Below are positions 43,342 through 58,414 of a stretch of 64,000 nt of DNA, one piece after another. This DNA is from Isoptericola halotolerans. GTDB lineage: Bacteria; Actinomycetota; Actinomycetes; Actinomycetales; Cellulomonadaceae. Within the stretch, counting starts at the first letter, position 1. Each line of letters begins with the position of its first letter. The notes beneath the pieces were generated by a model that worked only from the letters and a program-made list of their open reading frames with translations, did not search any database and was not told the origin of the DNA. The position numbers and the translations under genes are program-made. The stretch lies in assembly GCF_013149785.1 (NCBI RefSeq), contig NZ_JABEZU010000001.1, positions 1,116,001-1,180,000 on the forward strand, given 5' to 3'.

Positions 43342-43911
43342 ATGACCGAGAGCAGCTCCCGGACCGCGCCCGACCCTCTCCCCGGCGAGTGGGTCCCGCC
43401 GACGTGGGACCAGATCGTGCGGGAGCACTCCGCACGGGTGTACCGGCTGGCCTATCGTCTCACCGGGGACCGGCAGGACGCCGAGGACCTCACGCAGGAG
43501 ACGTTCCTGCGGGTCTTCCGGTCGCTGTCCAGCTACACGCCGGGCACGTTCGAGGGCTGGTTGCACCGCATCACGACCAACCTCTTCCTCGACCAGGTCC
43601 GTCGCAAGAAGCGCATCCGCTTCGAGGCCATGGGCGAGGACGCCTCCCGTGTCGAGGCCACCGACGACCGTGCACGACCCGAGCGCGGGTTCGAGCACGC
43701 CCACCTCGACCACGACGTCCAGGCCGCCCTGGACGCGCTGCGGCCCGAGTACCGCGCGGCCGTCGTGCTGTGCGACATCGAGGGGCTCAGCTACGAGGAG
43801 ATCGCGGTCACCCTCGGGATCAAGATCGGTACCGTCCGCTCCCGGATCCACCGGGCCCGGGCGCAGCTGCGCGACGCGCTCGAGCACCGACGGGCCGAGG
43901 TGGTGCGATGA
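43342..43911 (+). CDS. sigE: ECF RNA polymerase sigma factor SigE
   Basis: [55 protein letters not shown]; start 43333 or 43342. Confidence 0.95.
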   Translation: MTESSSRTAPDPLPGEWVPPTWDQIVREHSARVYRLAYRLTGDRQDAEDLTQETFLRVFRSLSSYTPGTFEGWLHRITTNLFLDQVRRKKRIRFEAMGEDASRVEATDDRARPERGFEHAHLDHDVQAALDALRPEYRAAVVLCDIEGLSYEEIAVTLGIKIGTVRSRIHRARAQLRDALEHRRAEVVR

Positions 43912-44794
43912 GCGCCCATCTCGGGGACCTGGTGAGCGCACTGGCCGACGGTCAGCTCGGACCGGCCGAGACCGACCGTGCGCTCTGCCACGTCGCCTCC
44001 TGCCGCTTGTGCGCGGCCGAGCTCGAGGCCGCGCGGTCGGCTCGCCGTCGGCTCGCGCAGGCCTGCGACGTCACGCCGACGGCGGAGCTCACCGAACGAC
44101 TGCTCGCCCTGTCCGCGTCGATACCCTCCGCGGAGCACGACCCGTTGCGTGCACCGGAGCGGGACACCACGTGGCAGACGCCCGAGGCGTGGCGCAGCAC
44201 GATCACCGGTGACCTCGCCGGCACGGCCCGGCGTCGGCGCCGCCACCGCCTCGCGCTCGTCGGGGCCGGGAGCGCAGGCATCCTGGGCTGTGCCCTGTTC
44301 GTCCTCGGCCAGGCACCCGTGGTCTCGCCCGAGACGTCGCGAGCCGCGGCGCTGAGCGCGCTGGCCGGTACGGACGACGTCGCGGCGTCGGTGTCCGACG
44401 ACGCCCCCGTCGACGACGCCTACGTCGCGCCCGGAGCCCTCCCGGACGGGTACGAGCTCGCCGCGGTGCGCACCGGCGGCGACGTCGTCGAGATCGACCT
44501 CACGGGCCCCGAGGGCACCGTGGTCGTCCGGGAGCGGCCGGGACGCCTGGGTGAGGTCTCCCCGTCCGCGGAGCTGCTGGACGTCCCGGGACGCTCCGGC
44601 GTCCTCGTGCTGATGAGAGATCCCTGGCACGTGGCCTGGCAGTCGGGCGGGATGGTGGTCGAGGCCACCACCGACGCCCCGCACGACGTCCTGGTCGACG
44701 TCGTCGCAGCCTTTCCCGACGCCGACTACGATGCGGGGGTCCTGCCGCGGCTGACGCGCGGCTGGTCCACCGTGACAGGAGCCCTCAGCCGCCC

Positions 44795-44798
<4 letters not shown>
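43908..44798 (+). CDS. rseA: Zinc-finger anti-sigma factor
   Basis: [14 protein letters not shown]...HVASCRLC (HxxxCxxC), single TM, ATGA overlap with sigE. Confidence 0.85.
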
Positions 44799-46207
<1,409 letters not shown>

Positions 46208-46250
46208 GCGTGGACCTGTCGGAGGACGGGCGAGGGCTAGGCTGTCCGTC

Positions 46251-48317
<2,067 letters not shown>

Positions 48318-48353
48318 CCTGCTGGTCGGCCCCGCGGCCGTTAGGGTCGCTAC

Positions 48354-49385
48354 GTGCCCGCCGACACCGAACGCCTGACCGCGAAGATCGCTCGGTGGGC
48401 GGAGTGGTGGCAGGACCGTCGTGAGGTCCGCGCCGTGCGCTGGTACCTGGCGCGGCGGGGGAACCAGCTCTCCGGTGGGATCGCCTACTCGGCGCTGTTC
48501 TCGCTCGGGGCCGGGCTGACGATCGGCTTCAGCGTCTTCTCGGCTCTTCTCGGCAACCGCCCCGAGCTCAGCGAGGCGGTCTTCAACCAGATCGACGGCT
48601 GGGTGCCGGGTCTGCTGAAGGAGTCGCCGGACGGGCCCGGCATCGTCTCACCGGAGGATCTCGTCCGCACCACCGCGTGGGGCTGGACGACCGTCGTCGC
48701 GGCCGTCGTCTTCCTGTGGACGGCCGTCGGCGTGATGGCGGCGCTGAGGCACTCGGTCCGCTCGATGTTCGACGCCCCCGTGGTGGGCGTCAGCCCCGTG
48801 CTGTCGAAGGTGTGGCAGCTGCTCGGCTTCGTGATCCTCGGGGTGATGCTTCTGGCGTCCGCCACCGCGAGCATCATCTCGCGGACGGTGAACCAGCAGA
48901 TCACGCGGTGGCTGGGCGACTCGGAGGTGCTGGGCTGGGTCCTGTCCGCCGGGACGTTCGCCGTCGGCGTCCTGCTCGACACGTTGCTGGTCTACCTGGT
49001 CATCCGCGTCGTGGCGCGCGTGCGCACCCGGCACGCCTGGGACATGCTGCTCGGCTGCCTCGCCACCGGGCTGATCGCGAGCGGGCTGCGCTGGGCGGGG
49101 ACGTCGGCCGTGACGGCGTCGGCGGAGCGCAACGTGATCCTGGCGTCGATCGTGACGGTCGGCACGTTGCTGATCCTCGTCAACTTCGTGGCGCGCGTCC
49201 TGCTGATGGCGTGTGCCTGGATGTACGACCCGCCGCGGCTCGACGAGATCGACCGCGCCGAGCAGACCGTCGCCTGGATGCGTCGTCGGGCCGAGATCGA
49301 GCGCGAGATCCGTCGTGGCCGGGGGAGCAGGCGACCGTACAGCGCCGTCGTCCGCGGCGTCCGCAGAGGTCTCTACGAACCCTGA
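48354..49385 (+). CDS. YihY/virulence factor BrkB family membrane protein
   Basis: GNQLSGGIAYSALFSL, about 6 TM helices. Confidence 0.85.
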   Translation: MPADTERLTAKIARWAEWWQDRREVRAVRWYLARRGNQLSGGIAYSALFSLGAGLTIGFSVFSALLGNRPELSEAVFNQIDGWVPGLLKESPDGPGIVSPEDLVRTTAWGWTTVVAAVVFLWTAVGVMAALRHSVRSMFDAPVVGVSPVLSKVWQLLGFVILGVMLLASATASIISRTVNQQITRWLGDSEVLGWVLSAGTFAVGVLLDTLLVYLVIRVVARVRTRHAWDMLLGCLATGLIASGLRWAGTSAVTASAERNVILASIVTVGTLLILVNFVARVLLMACAWMYDPPRLDEIDRAEQTVAWMRRRAEIEREIRRGRGSRRPYSAVVRGVRRGLYEP

Positions 49386-49447
49386 GCGTCCTTGCTCCCT
49401 GCCGTCGACGGGCTCGATGGGGCGCCGCACGCCTGCGGGACGACAGA

Positions 49448-49543
49448 GCCCGGTGCCGGAACGGTGTGCGCGGTCGTCATCCCCGAGGTGGAGGGCGCCC
49501 AGCGCCCGTGAACGCGACCGTGCACACCGTTCCGGCACCGGGC
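49448..49543. repeat. Long inverted repeat between convergent yihY and sdhB
   Basis: 29-bp arms (49448-49476, 49515-49543) with one mismatch, 38-nt spacer. Confidence 0.85.
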
Positions 49544-49561
49544 GTGCCGAACGGACGAGAC

Positions 49562-50331
49562 TCAGAAGGCGCGGGTGATCATCGCCCGCTTGACCTCCTG
49601 GATCGCCTTGGTGACCTCGATGCCGCGCGGGCAGGCCTCGGTGCAGTTGAAGGTCGTGCGGCAGCGCCACACGCCCTCCTTGTCGTTGAGGATCTCCAGG
49701 CGCTGGGTCGCGCCCTCGTCGCGCGAGTCGAAGATGAACCGGTGCGCGTTGACGATCGCGGCCGGCCCGAAGTACTGCCCGTCGGTCCAGAAGACCGGGC
49801 AGGACGACGTGCAGGCGGCGCACAGGATGCACTTGGTGGTGTCGTCGAAGCGGTCACGGTCGGCCTGGGACTGGATGTTCTCCCGGCTCGGCTCGTTCCC
49901 CGAGGTGATGAGGAACGGCATGATCTCGCGGTAGGAGGCGAAGAACGGCTCCATGTCGACCACGAGGTCCTTCACCACGGGCAGGCCCTTGATGGGCTCG
50001 ACCGTGATGGGCTTGTCCGGGTTGACGTCCTTGAGGAGCGTCTTGCAGGCGAGCCGGTTGCGGCCGTTGATCCGCACGGCGTCCGAGCCGCAGATGCCGT
50101 GCGCGCACGAGCGCCGGAACGTCAGCGACCCGTCGATCTCCCACTTGATCTTGTGCAGGGCGTCCAGGACACGGTCGGTCCCGTGCGCGGTGACGGTGTG
50201 CTCCTCCCAGTACGCCTCCTCGGAGACCTCCGGGTTGAACCGGCGGACCTTGAGGGTGACGTCGAAGGAGGCGACCGCACCGGCCTCGGGCCGAGCGGCG
50301 GCGTCGGCAGAACTTTCCATCACAGCAGTCA

Positions 50332-50332
<1 letters not shown>
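49562..50332 (-). CDS. sdhB: Succinate dehydrogenase iron-sulfur subunit
   Basis: RRSCAHGICGSD, CILCAACTSSCP, CRTTFNCTEACP. Confidence 0.97.
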
Positions 50333-52167
<1,835 letters not shown>

Positions 52168-52225
52168 CGGTTCCGATGCCTCCTGCGGCGTGTGGTGGAT
52201 CAGCGGGCTGGGGGGATGCGCGGGC

Positions 52226-52678
52226 TCAGGCCGTGCAGAACGAGGCGAGCAGCTGGGCCGGGGCGTCGGCGGGGCACGGGTCGAACGTGAAGATGACCAG
52301 GGTGCCGAGCACGACGGTGAACGTGAAGGCCAGCAGCAGCAGGCCCTTGAGGACGCCGCGGGTGACGTCCCGCTGGGCGTAGTCGTTGATGATCGTCCGC
52401 ACGCCGTTGGTGCCGTGGATCATCGCGAGCCAGAGCATGGCCAGGTCCCACATCTGCCAGAAGGGGCTCGCCCACTTGCCGCCGACGAACGCGAAGTCGA
52501 TCGCCTTGACGCCGTCGCCGACCATGAGGTTCACGAACAGGTGGCCGAAGACCAGCACGACGAGGAGCACGCCGGAGGCCCGCATGAAGACCCACGAGTA
52601 CAGCTCGTAGTTGCCGCGCGTGGTCTTGCGCCGCACGTACGGTGACCGCGGGGTCGGGATCGAGGTCTGGGTGCTCAT
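52226..52678 (-). CDS. sdhD: Succinate dehydrogenase membrane anchor
   Basis: [26 protein letters not shown] overlap with sdhC. Confidence 0.93.
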   Translation of the reverse strand: MSTQTSIPTPRSPYVRRKTTRGNYELYSWVFMRASGVLLVVLVFGHLFVNLMVGDGVKAIDFAFVGGKWASPFWQMWDLAMLWLAMIHGTNGVRTIINDYAQRDVTRGVLKGLLLLAFTFTVVLGTLVIFTFDPCPADAPAQLLASFCTA

Positions 52679-53058
52679 CAGGCGCCTCCGAAGACGTTCA
52701 TCAGGTGGCGGGGCAGGAACCCGGCCATCGTCACCACGCACAGCCCGATGACGATCCACAGCATGAGCCGGTGGTACTTCGGGCCCTTGGCCCAGAAGTC
52801 CACCAGGGCGATGCGGATGCCGTTGAAGGCGTGGAAGACGATGGCGGCGACCAGGCCGACCTCGCCGAGCCCCATGATCGGCGTCTGGTACGTGCCGATG
52901 ACGGCGTTGTACGCCTCGGGGGAGACCCGCACGAGCGCCGTGTCCAGCACGTGCACGAGCAGGAAGAAGAAGATGAGCACGCCGGTCACGCGGTGCGCGA
53001 CCCATGACCACATGCCTTCACGGCCGCGGTAGAGCGTGCCAGCGGGAGCAGTCGGCAC
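52678..53058 (-). CDS. sdhC: Succinate dehydrogenase cytochrome b556 subunit
   Basis: GTLYRGREGMWSWVAHRVTG, HAFNGIR; GGAGG 8 nt before GTG. Confidence 0.93.
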   Translation of the reverse strand: MPTAPAGTLYRGREGMWSWVAHRVTGVLIFFFLLVHVLDTALVRVSPEAYNAVIGTYQTPIMGLGEVGLVAAIVFHAFNGIRIALVDFWAKGPKYHRLMLWIVIGLCVVTMAGFLPRHLMNVFGGA

Positions 53059-53168
53059 GGGGGGAGCCTCCATTGGCGGATTCGGGCGGGTTACGTGAAG
53101 CCACTGTAGTGACACCGGGTCGCGAACGGGTCACGAGCTGTCCGATAACGGCGTCTCTGTGCGGTTTC

Positions 53169-53184
53169 TGTGACACATTCCACA
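53169..53184. promoter_or_regulatory. CRP/GlxR-like binding site between sdhC and manC
   Basis: TGTGA-cacatt-CCACA, 9 of 10 positions match TGTGA-N6-TCACA. Confidence 0.65.
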
Positions 53185-53227
53185 GGCTTCGTGTCGGTCG
53201 GCCGGGACCCGTCACTATGCTGCGGAC

Positions 53228-54346
53228 ATGCCCTCGTCTGCGATTCCCGGATTCCACGCCGTCGTCCCGGCGGGAGGTTCGGGCACCCGGTTGTGGCCGG
53301 TCTCGCGTGCCGACCACCCGAAGTTCCTGCACGATCTCACGGGTTCCGGTCGGACGCTCCTGCAGGGCACGGCCGACCGTCTCGCCCCCCTGACGGGTGC
53401 CGACGGCCTGCTCGTGGTGACCGGCGAGCGGCACGTCGCAGCCGTCCGCCAGCAGCTGCCGCGGCTGACCGCCGAGCAGGTGCTGTCCGAGCCGTCCCCC
53501 CGGGACTCGATGGCCGCGATCGGGCTCGCGGCCGCCGTGCTGGAACGGCGCCTGGGCGACGTCGTCCTCGGGTCCTTCGCCGCCGACCAGGTGGTCTCGG
53601 GGCGCCCGGCGTTCGAGCGCTCGGTCCGGGAGGCCGTCGAGGCGGCGCGCGCGGGCTACGTCACGACGATCGGGATCGCCGCCTCGCGCCCGTCGACGGC
53701 CTTCGGGTACGTCCACGGTGGTGACCCGCTCGGCGTCGACGGCGCGCCGAGCGCCGTGCACGTGCGGGGGTTCACCGAGAAGCCGGACGCGCGCACCGCA
53801 CGCGAGTACCTGGCCTCGGGGGAGTACCGCTGGAACGCCGGGATCTTCGTCGCCACCACCGGGGTGCTGCTGGGGCACCTGGCCGAGCAGCGTCCGGCGC
53901 TGCATGACGGCCTGCGCCGGGTCGCCCAGGCTTGGGACACCCCGGACCGCGACCGGGTGCTCGCCGAGGTCTGGCCGGGCCTGGAGAAGATCGCCATCGA
54001 CCACGCCGTGGCGGAGCCCGTGGCGGCCGCCGGCGGCGTCGCGATGGTGCCGGGAGCCTTCGGCTGGGACGACGTCGGCGACTTCAACTCGCTCGCCGCG
54101 CTGCTGCCGGCCGACGACGACGCCGGGTCGAAGGTGCTCGGCGACAGCGCGGACGTGGTGCGGGTGCAGAGCGCCGGCTCGGTGGTGGTGCCCGCCGCCG
54201 GGCGCACGGTGACCCTGCTCGGCATCGACGACGTGGTCGTGGTCGACACGCCCGACGCGCTGCTGGTCACGACGCGGGCGCGAGCCCAGCAGGTGCGGCA
54301 GATGGTCGACGCGGTGCGCGACCACGGCCGCGAGGACCTGCTGTGA
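53228..54346 (+). CDS. manC: Mannose-1-phosphate guanylyltransferase
   Basis: AGGSGTRLWPVSR, PKF, FTEKPD, WNAGIF, IDHAV, WDDVG. Confidence 0.93.
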   Translation: MPSSAIPGFHAVVPAGGSGTRLWPVSRADHPKFLHDLTGSGRTLLQGTADRLAPLTGADGLLVVTGERHVAAVRQQLPRLTAEQVLSEPSPRDSMAAIGLAAAVLERRLGDVVLGSFAADQVVSGRPAFERSVREAVEAARAGYVTTIGIAASRPSTAFGYVHGGDPLGVDGAPSAVHVRGFTEKPDARTAREYLASGEYRWNAGIFVATTGVLLGHLAEQRPALHDGLRRVAQAWDTPDRDRVLAEVWPGLEKIAIDHAVAEPVAAAGGVAMVPGAFGWDDVGDFNSLAALLPADDDAGSKVLGDSADVVRVQSAGSVVVPAAGRTVTLLGIDDVVVVDTPDALLVTTRARAQQVRQMVDAVRDHGREDLL

Positions 54347-55563
54347 GCGTCGACCGGCCCGGCGGCGCGACCGTGCGCCTGGACGCCGCCGTGGACGACC
54401 TCGAGGAGCAGCTCGTCGCCTTCCGGCGCGACGTGCACGCCCACCCGGAGGTGGCCCGTCAGGAGGTCCGCACGACGGCGGCGCTCGCCGAGCGCCTGCG
54501 CCGTGCGGGGCTGCGGCCCCGGCTGCTCGAGGGGACGGGGCTCGTGTGCGACGTCGGGCCGGACGTGCCCGGCCGCGGCCGGGTGGCGCTGCGCGCGGAC
54601 ATCGACGCGCTGCCGCTGGAGGACCGGTGCGGGCTCCCCTTCGCCTCGACGGTGCCGGGCGTCGCGCACGCGTGCGGCCACGACGTGCACGCCACCGTCG
54701 TCCTCGGTGCCGGGCTGGCCCTCGCACGACTGCACGACGAGGGCCTGCTCGACGTCGGCGCCCGCCTGATCTTCCAGCCGGCCGAGGAGGTCATGCCGGG
54801 AGGAGCGCTGGAGGTCATCGCCCAGGGGGCGCTCGACGGCGTCGAGCGGATCGCCGCGATCCACGTGGAGCCGAAGCTCGACGTGGGCAGGGTCGGCACC
54901 CGCATCGGCCCGATCACGTCGGCCTCCGACCAGGTGACGGTCACGCTGTCCTCGGGCGGCGGGCACACCTCCCGACCGCACCTGACCGGGGACGTGGTCT
55001 ACGCCCTCGGTCAGGTGATCACCCAGGTGCCGGCGGTGCTGGGCCGTCGGCTGGACCCGCGCTCGGGCGTGAACCTGACCTGGGGCGCGGTCGAGGCGGG
55101 GAACGCCCACAACGCGATCCCGGCGTCCGGCGTCGTCAAGGGCACGTTGCGGTGCCTGGACGTGCGGGCCTGGGAGAAGGCGGGGCAGGTGCTCCACGAC
55201 GCGGTCGAGCAGGTCGTGGCGCCGTACGACGTGGACGTCAGCGTGCACCACCTGCGGGGGGTGCCGCCGGTCGACAACGACGCGGGGGCGACGGCCGCGC
55301 TCGAGGCCGCGGGGACGGCCGTGCTCGGTGTGGGCGGCGTGGTGCTCACCGAGCAGTCCCTCGGCGGTGAGGACTTCGCCTGGTACCTGACGAAGGTGCC
55401 CGGGGCGATGGCCCGGCTCGGCACGGCGACGCCCGGCGGCCGGCTGTACGACCTCCACCAGGGCGACCTGGTGGTGGACGAGCGTGCGATCGCCGTCGGC
55501 GCCAGGTTGCTGGGACGTTTCGTCCTCGGTCCGGGGACGACCGCCGACGTACCGCTTCGGTAA
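54343..55563 (+). CDS. M20D family amidohydrolase
   Basis: HAHPE, RADIDALP, HACGHDVH, FQPAEE, GGEDF, LHQ. Confidence 0.92.
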   Translation: MSVDRPGGATVRLDAAVDDLEEQLVAFRRDVHAHPEVARQEVRTTAALAERLRRAGLRPRLLEGTGLVCDVGPDVPGRGRVALRADIDALPLEDRCGLPFASTVPGVAHACGHDVHATVVLGAGLALARLHDEGLLDVGARLIFQPAEEVMPGGALEVIAQGALDGVERIAAIHVEPKLDVGRVGTRIGPITSASDQVTVTLSSGGGHTSRPHLTGDVVYALGQVITQVPAVLGRRLDPRSGVNLTWGAVEAGNAHNAIPASGVVKGTLRCLDVRAWEKAGQVLHDAVEQVVAPYDVDVSVHHLRGVPPVDNDAGATAALEAAGTAVLGVGGVVLTEQSLGGEDFAWYLTKVPGAMARLGTATPGGRLYDLHQGDLVVDERAIAVGARLLGRFVLGPGTTADVPLR

Positions 55564-55685
55564 CGACTCGGCCTCGGCAGGCCTCCGCGGCGCTCTGGAC
55601 GCCGGGCGGTGGTTACGCTTGCCGTCTCTGATCGTGAGACGGGCGTGCGCCCGCGCTCACCCGCCCTCATCGACAGGAGTGACAG

Positions 55686-56786
55686 GTGAAGAGAGCCATC
55701 CAGCTCACCGCCCTCGCAGGTGCCACGGCGCTGACCCTCGCGGCATGCGGCTCGGCCCCCGAGGACGCCCCGAGCGACGAGACCACCGGGACCACCGAGG
55801 CGGCAGGCACCGACTTCTCCGCCTGCATCGTCTCGGACGAGGGCGGGTTCGACGACAAGAGCTTCAACCAGCTGAGCTACGAGGGCACGAAGATGGCCAC
55901 CGACGAGCTCGGCGCCACCTTCCGTGAGGTCCAGTCCCAGTCGGAGACCGACTACAACGCCAACCTGCAGTCCCTGGTCGACCAGGGATGCAACGCCATC
56001 GTCGCCGTCGGGTTCGCGCTCTCCGCGGACACGATCGAGTCCGCGAACGCGAACCCGGACCTCGACTACATCCTGGTCGACGACGCCGCGGACGCCGACT
56101 TCGACGGTGAGGCCGACGCCCCGAACATCAAGCCGCTGCTGTACAACACGGCGGAGGCAGCCTTCCTCGCCGGATACCTGTCCGCCGGCTACTCCGAGGT
56201 CGGCAAGGTCGGCACCTTCGGCGGCCAGCCGTTCCCGACCGTCACGATCTTCATGGACGGCTTCACGCAGGGCGTCGAGCACTACAACGAGGTCAACGAC
56301 GCCGAGGTGGAGGTCGTCGGCTACGAGGGTGGCGAGGACGGTGCCTTCACCGGTGGGTTCGCCGCCAACGAGACCGCCAAGACCACGGCGACGAACATCC
56401 TGGACCAGGGTGTCGACGTGATCCTGCCGGTCGGCGGGCCGATCTACCAGTCCGCGATCGCCGCGATCGAGGACTCGGGCCGTGACGTCGCCCTGGTGGG
56501 GGTCGACGCCGACTTCTACGAGACGGACCCCACCACGCAGCCCTACGTGCTGACCTCCATCCTCAAGAAGATGGACGTCTCGGCCTACGAGGCCGTCCTC
56601 TCCTCGGGCGAGGGTTCCTTCTCCGCCGAGCCCTACGTCGGCACGCTGGAGAACGAGGGTGTGGGCCTGGCGCCGCTGCACGAGTTCGAGGACCGGGTCG
56701 ACCCGGAGCTCGTGACCGAGGTCGAGGAGCTGCGCCAGCAGATCATCGACGGCGAGCTCGAGGTCACGTCCTACCTGGCCGAGTGA
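55686..56786 (+). CDS. BMP family (nucleoside-binding) lipoprotein
   Basis: Lipobox LAAC, GGFDDKSFNQ, AFLAGY, GVDAD, LTSILK. Confidence 0.93.
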   Translation: MKRAIQLTALAGATALTLAACGSAPEDAPSDETTGTTEAAGTDFSACIVSDEGGFDDKSFNQLSYEGTKMATDELGATFREVQSQSETDYNANLQSLVDQGCNAIVAVGFALSADTIESANANPDLDYILVDDAADADFDGEADAPNIKPLLYNTAEAAFLAGYLSAGYSEVGKVGTFGGQPFPTVTIFMDGFTQGVEHYNEVNDAEVEVVGYEGGEDGAFTGGFAANETAKTTATNILDQGVDVILPVGGPIYQSAIAAIEDSGRDVALVGVDADFYETDPTTQPYVLTSILKKMDVSAYEAVLSSGEGSFSAEPYVGTLENEGVGLAPLHEFEDRVDPELVTEVEELRQQIIDGELEVTSYLAE

Positions 56787-56804
56787 CACCAGGACGATGA
56801 GCAC

Positions 56805-56842
56805 CGCGGCGGGACACGGGGCCTCCCCCGGGTCCCGCCGCG
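56805..56842 (+). terminator. Stem-loop after BMP gene
   Basis: cgcggcgggac / gtcccgccgcg stem. Confidence 0.6.
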
Positions 56843-56893
56843 CCGTGCGCCCTAGGCTGGTCAGGAGATCGTGAGGAAGGTGGACGCACCGCG

Positions 56894-58414
56894 ATGAAGC
56901 TCGAGCTACGAGGGATCACCAAGCGCTTCGGTGCGCTGGTGGCCAACGACCACATCGACCTCGTGGTCGAGCCCGGGGAGATCCACTGCCTCCTCGGGGA
57001 GAACGGGGCCGGCAAGTCCACCCTGATGAACGTCCTGTACGGGCTGTACGACGCTGACGAGGGACAGATCCTCCTCGACGACGAGGTGCAGTCCTTCGAC
57101 GGGCCCGGCGACGCGATGGCGGCGGGCATCGGCATGGTGCACCAGCACTTCATGCTGGTCCCCGTCTTCAGCGTCGCCGAGAACGTCATGCTGGGGCACG
57201 AGTCGACCCGTGGTGCGGGTGTGCTCGACCTGGCCGGTGCGCGCCGCACGGTCCGCGAGACGGCCGACCGGTTCGGCTTCCACGTCGACCCCGACGCGCT
57301 CGTCGAGGACCTCCCGGTCGGGGTGCAGCAGCGCGTCGAGATCATCAAGGCCCTGAGTCGTGACGCCCAGGTCCTCGTCTTCGACGAGCCGACGGCGGTC
57401 CTCACCCCGCAGGAGACCGACGAGCTGATGGCCATCATGCGCCAGCTGCGCGACGACGGCGCCGCGATCGTCTTCATCACGCACAAGCTGCGCGAGGTGC
57501 GCGCCGTCGCCGACCGCATCACGGTCGTCCGTCACGGCAAGGTCGTCGGCGAGGCCGCACCGACCGCGACGGACGCCGAGCTGGCGTCCCTCATGGTGGG
57601 CCGTGCGGTCGAGCTCACCGTGCACAAGGAGGCACCGCAGCACCGGGACAACGCGCTCGAGGTCGCCGGGCTGACGGTGGCCAACGCCGACGGCCAGGTT
57701 GTGGTCGACGACATCTCGTTCACGGTCCGCGGTGGTGAGGTGCTCGTCGTCGCCGGCGTGCAGGGCAACGGCCAGACCGAGCTGACCGAGGCGCTGCTCG
57801 GACTCCAGGAGGACGTCGCCGGCTCGGTCCGGCTCGACGACCGCGAGCTCGTCGGCCGCAGCGTGCGCCAGATCCTCTCCGCCGGCGTGGGGTTCGTTCC
57901 CGAGGACCGCAACACGGACGGGCTCGTCGGCGAGTTCAGCATCGCCGAGAACCTGATCCTCGACCGCACCGACGGCCCCCCGTTCGTCCGGGCGGGCTCC
58001 CTGCAGCTCGCGCGAAGGGACGAGTTCGCCCAGGAGAAGGTCGACGAGTTCGACGTCCGCACCCAGGGGATCGGCCTGCCCGTCGGCGGGCTCTCGGGCG
58101 GGAACCAGCAGAAGGTCGTCCTGGCCCGCGAGATGTCGCGCGACCTGCGGCTGCTCGTCGCCGCCCAGCCGACCCGCGGGGTCGACGTCGGCTCGATCGA
58201 GTTCATCCACCAGCGCATCATCGAGACCCGCGACCAGGGGCTTCCGGTGATCGTCGTCTCCACCGAGCTCGACGAGGCCGTGGCGCTCGGTGACCGGATC
58301 ATGGTGATGTACCGCGGCAAGGTGGTCGGGATCGTCCCGGCGACCACCCCGCGCGACGTGCTCGGCCTGATGATGGCCGGCGTCGCGCCAGAGAGCGAAG
58401 GAGAGGCCGCATGA
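56894..58414 (+). CDS. Nucleoside/sugar (CUT2) ABC ATP-binding protein
   Basis: LLGENGAGKSTL, VHQHF, DEPTAVL, LSGGNQQK, QPTRGVD. Confidence 0.95.
   Translation: MKLELRGITKRFGALVANDHIDLVVEPGEIHCLLGENGAGKSTLMNVLYGLYDADEGQILLDDEVQSFDGPGDAMAAGIGMVHQHFMLVPVFSVAENVMLGHESTRGAGVLDLAGARRTVRETADRFGFHVDPDALVEDLPVGVQQRVEIIKALSRDAQVLVFDEPTAVLTPQETDELMAIMRQLRDDGAAIVFITHKLREVRAVADRITVVRHGKVVGEAAPTATDAELASLMVGRAVELTVHKEAPQHRDNALEVAGLTVANADGQVVVDDISFTVRGGEVLVVAGVQGNGQTELTEALLGLQEDVAGSVRLDDRELVGRSVRQILSAGVGFVPEDRNTDGLVGEFSIAENLILDRTDGPPFVRAGSLQLARRDEFAQEKVDEFDVRTQGIGLPVGGLSGGNQQKVVLAREMSRDLRLLVAAQPTRGVDVGSIEFIHQRIIETRDQGLPVIVVSTELDEAVALGDRIMVMYRGKVVGIVPATTPRDVLGLMMAGVAPESEGEAA

Noticed and set aside
55564..55685. 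Purine riboswitch before the nucleoside ABC operon
   Set aside because: No recognisable purine-riboswitch core sequence
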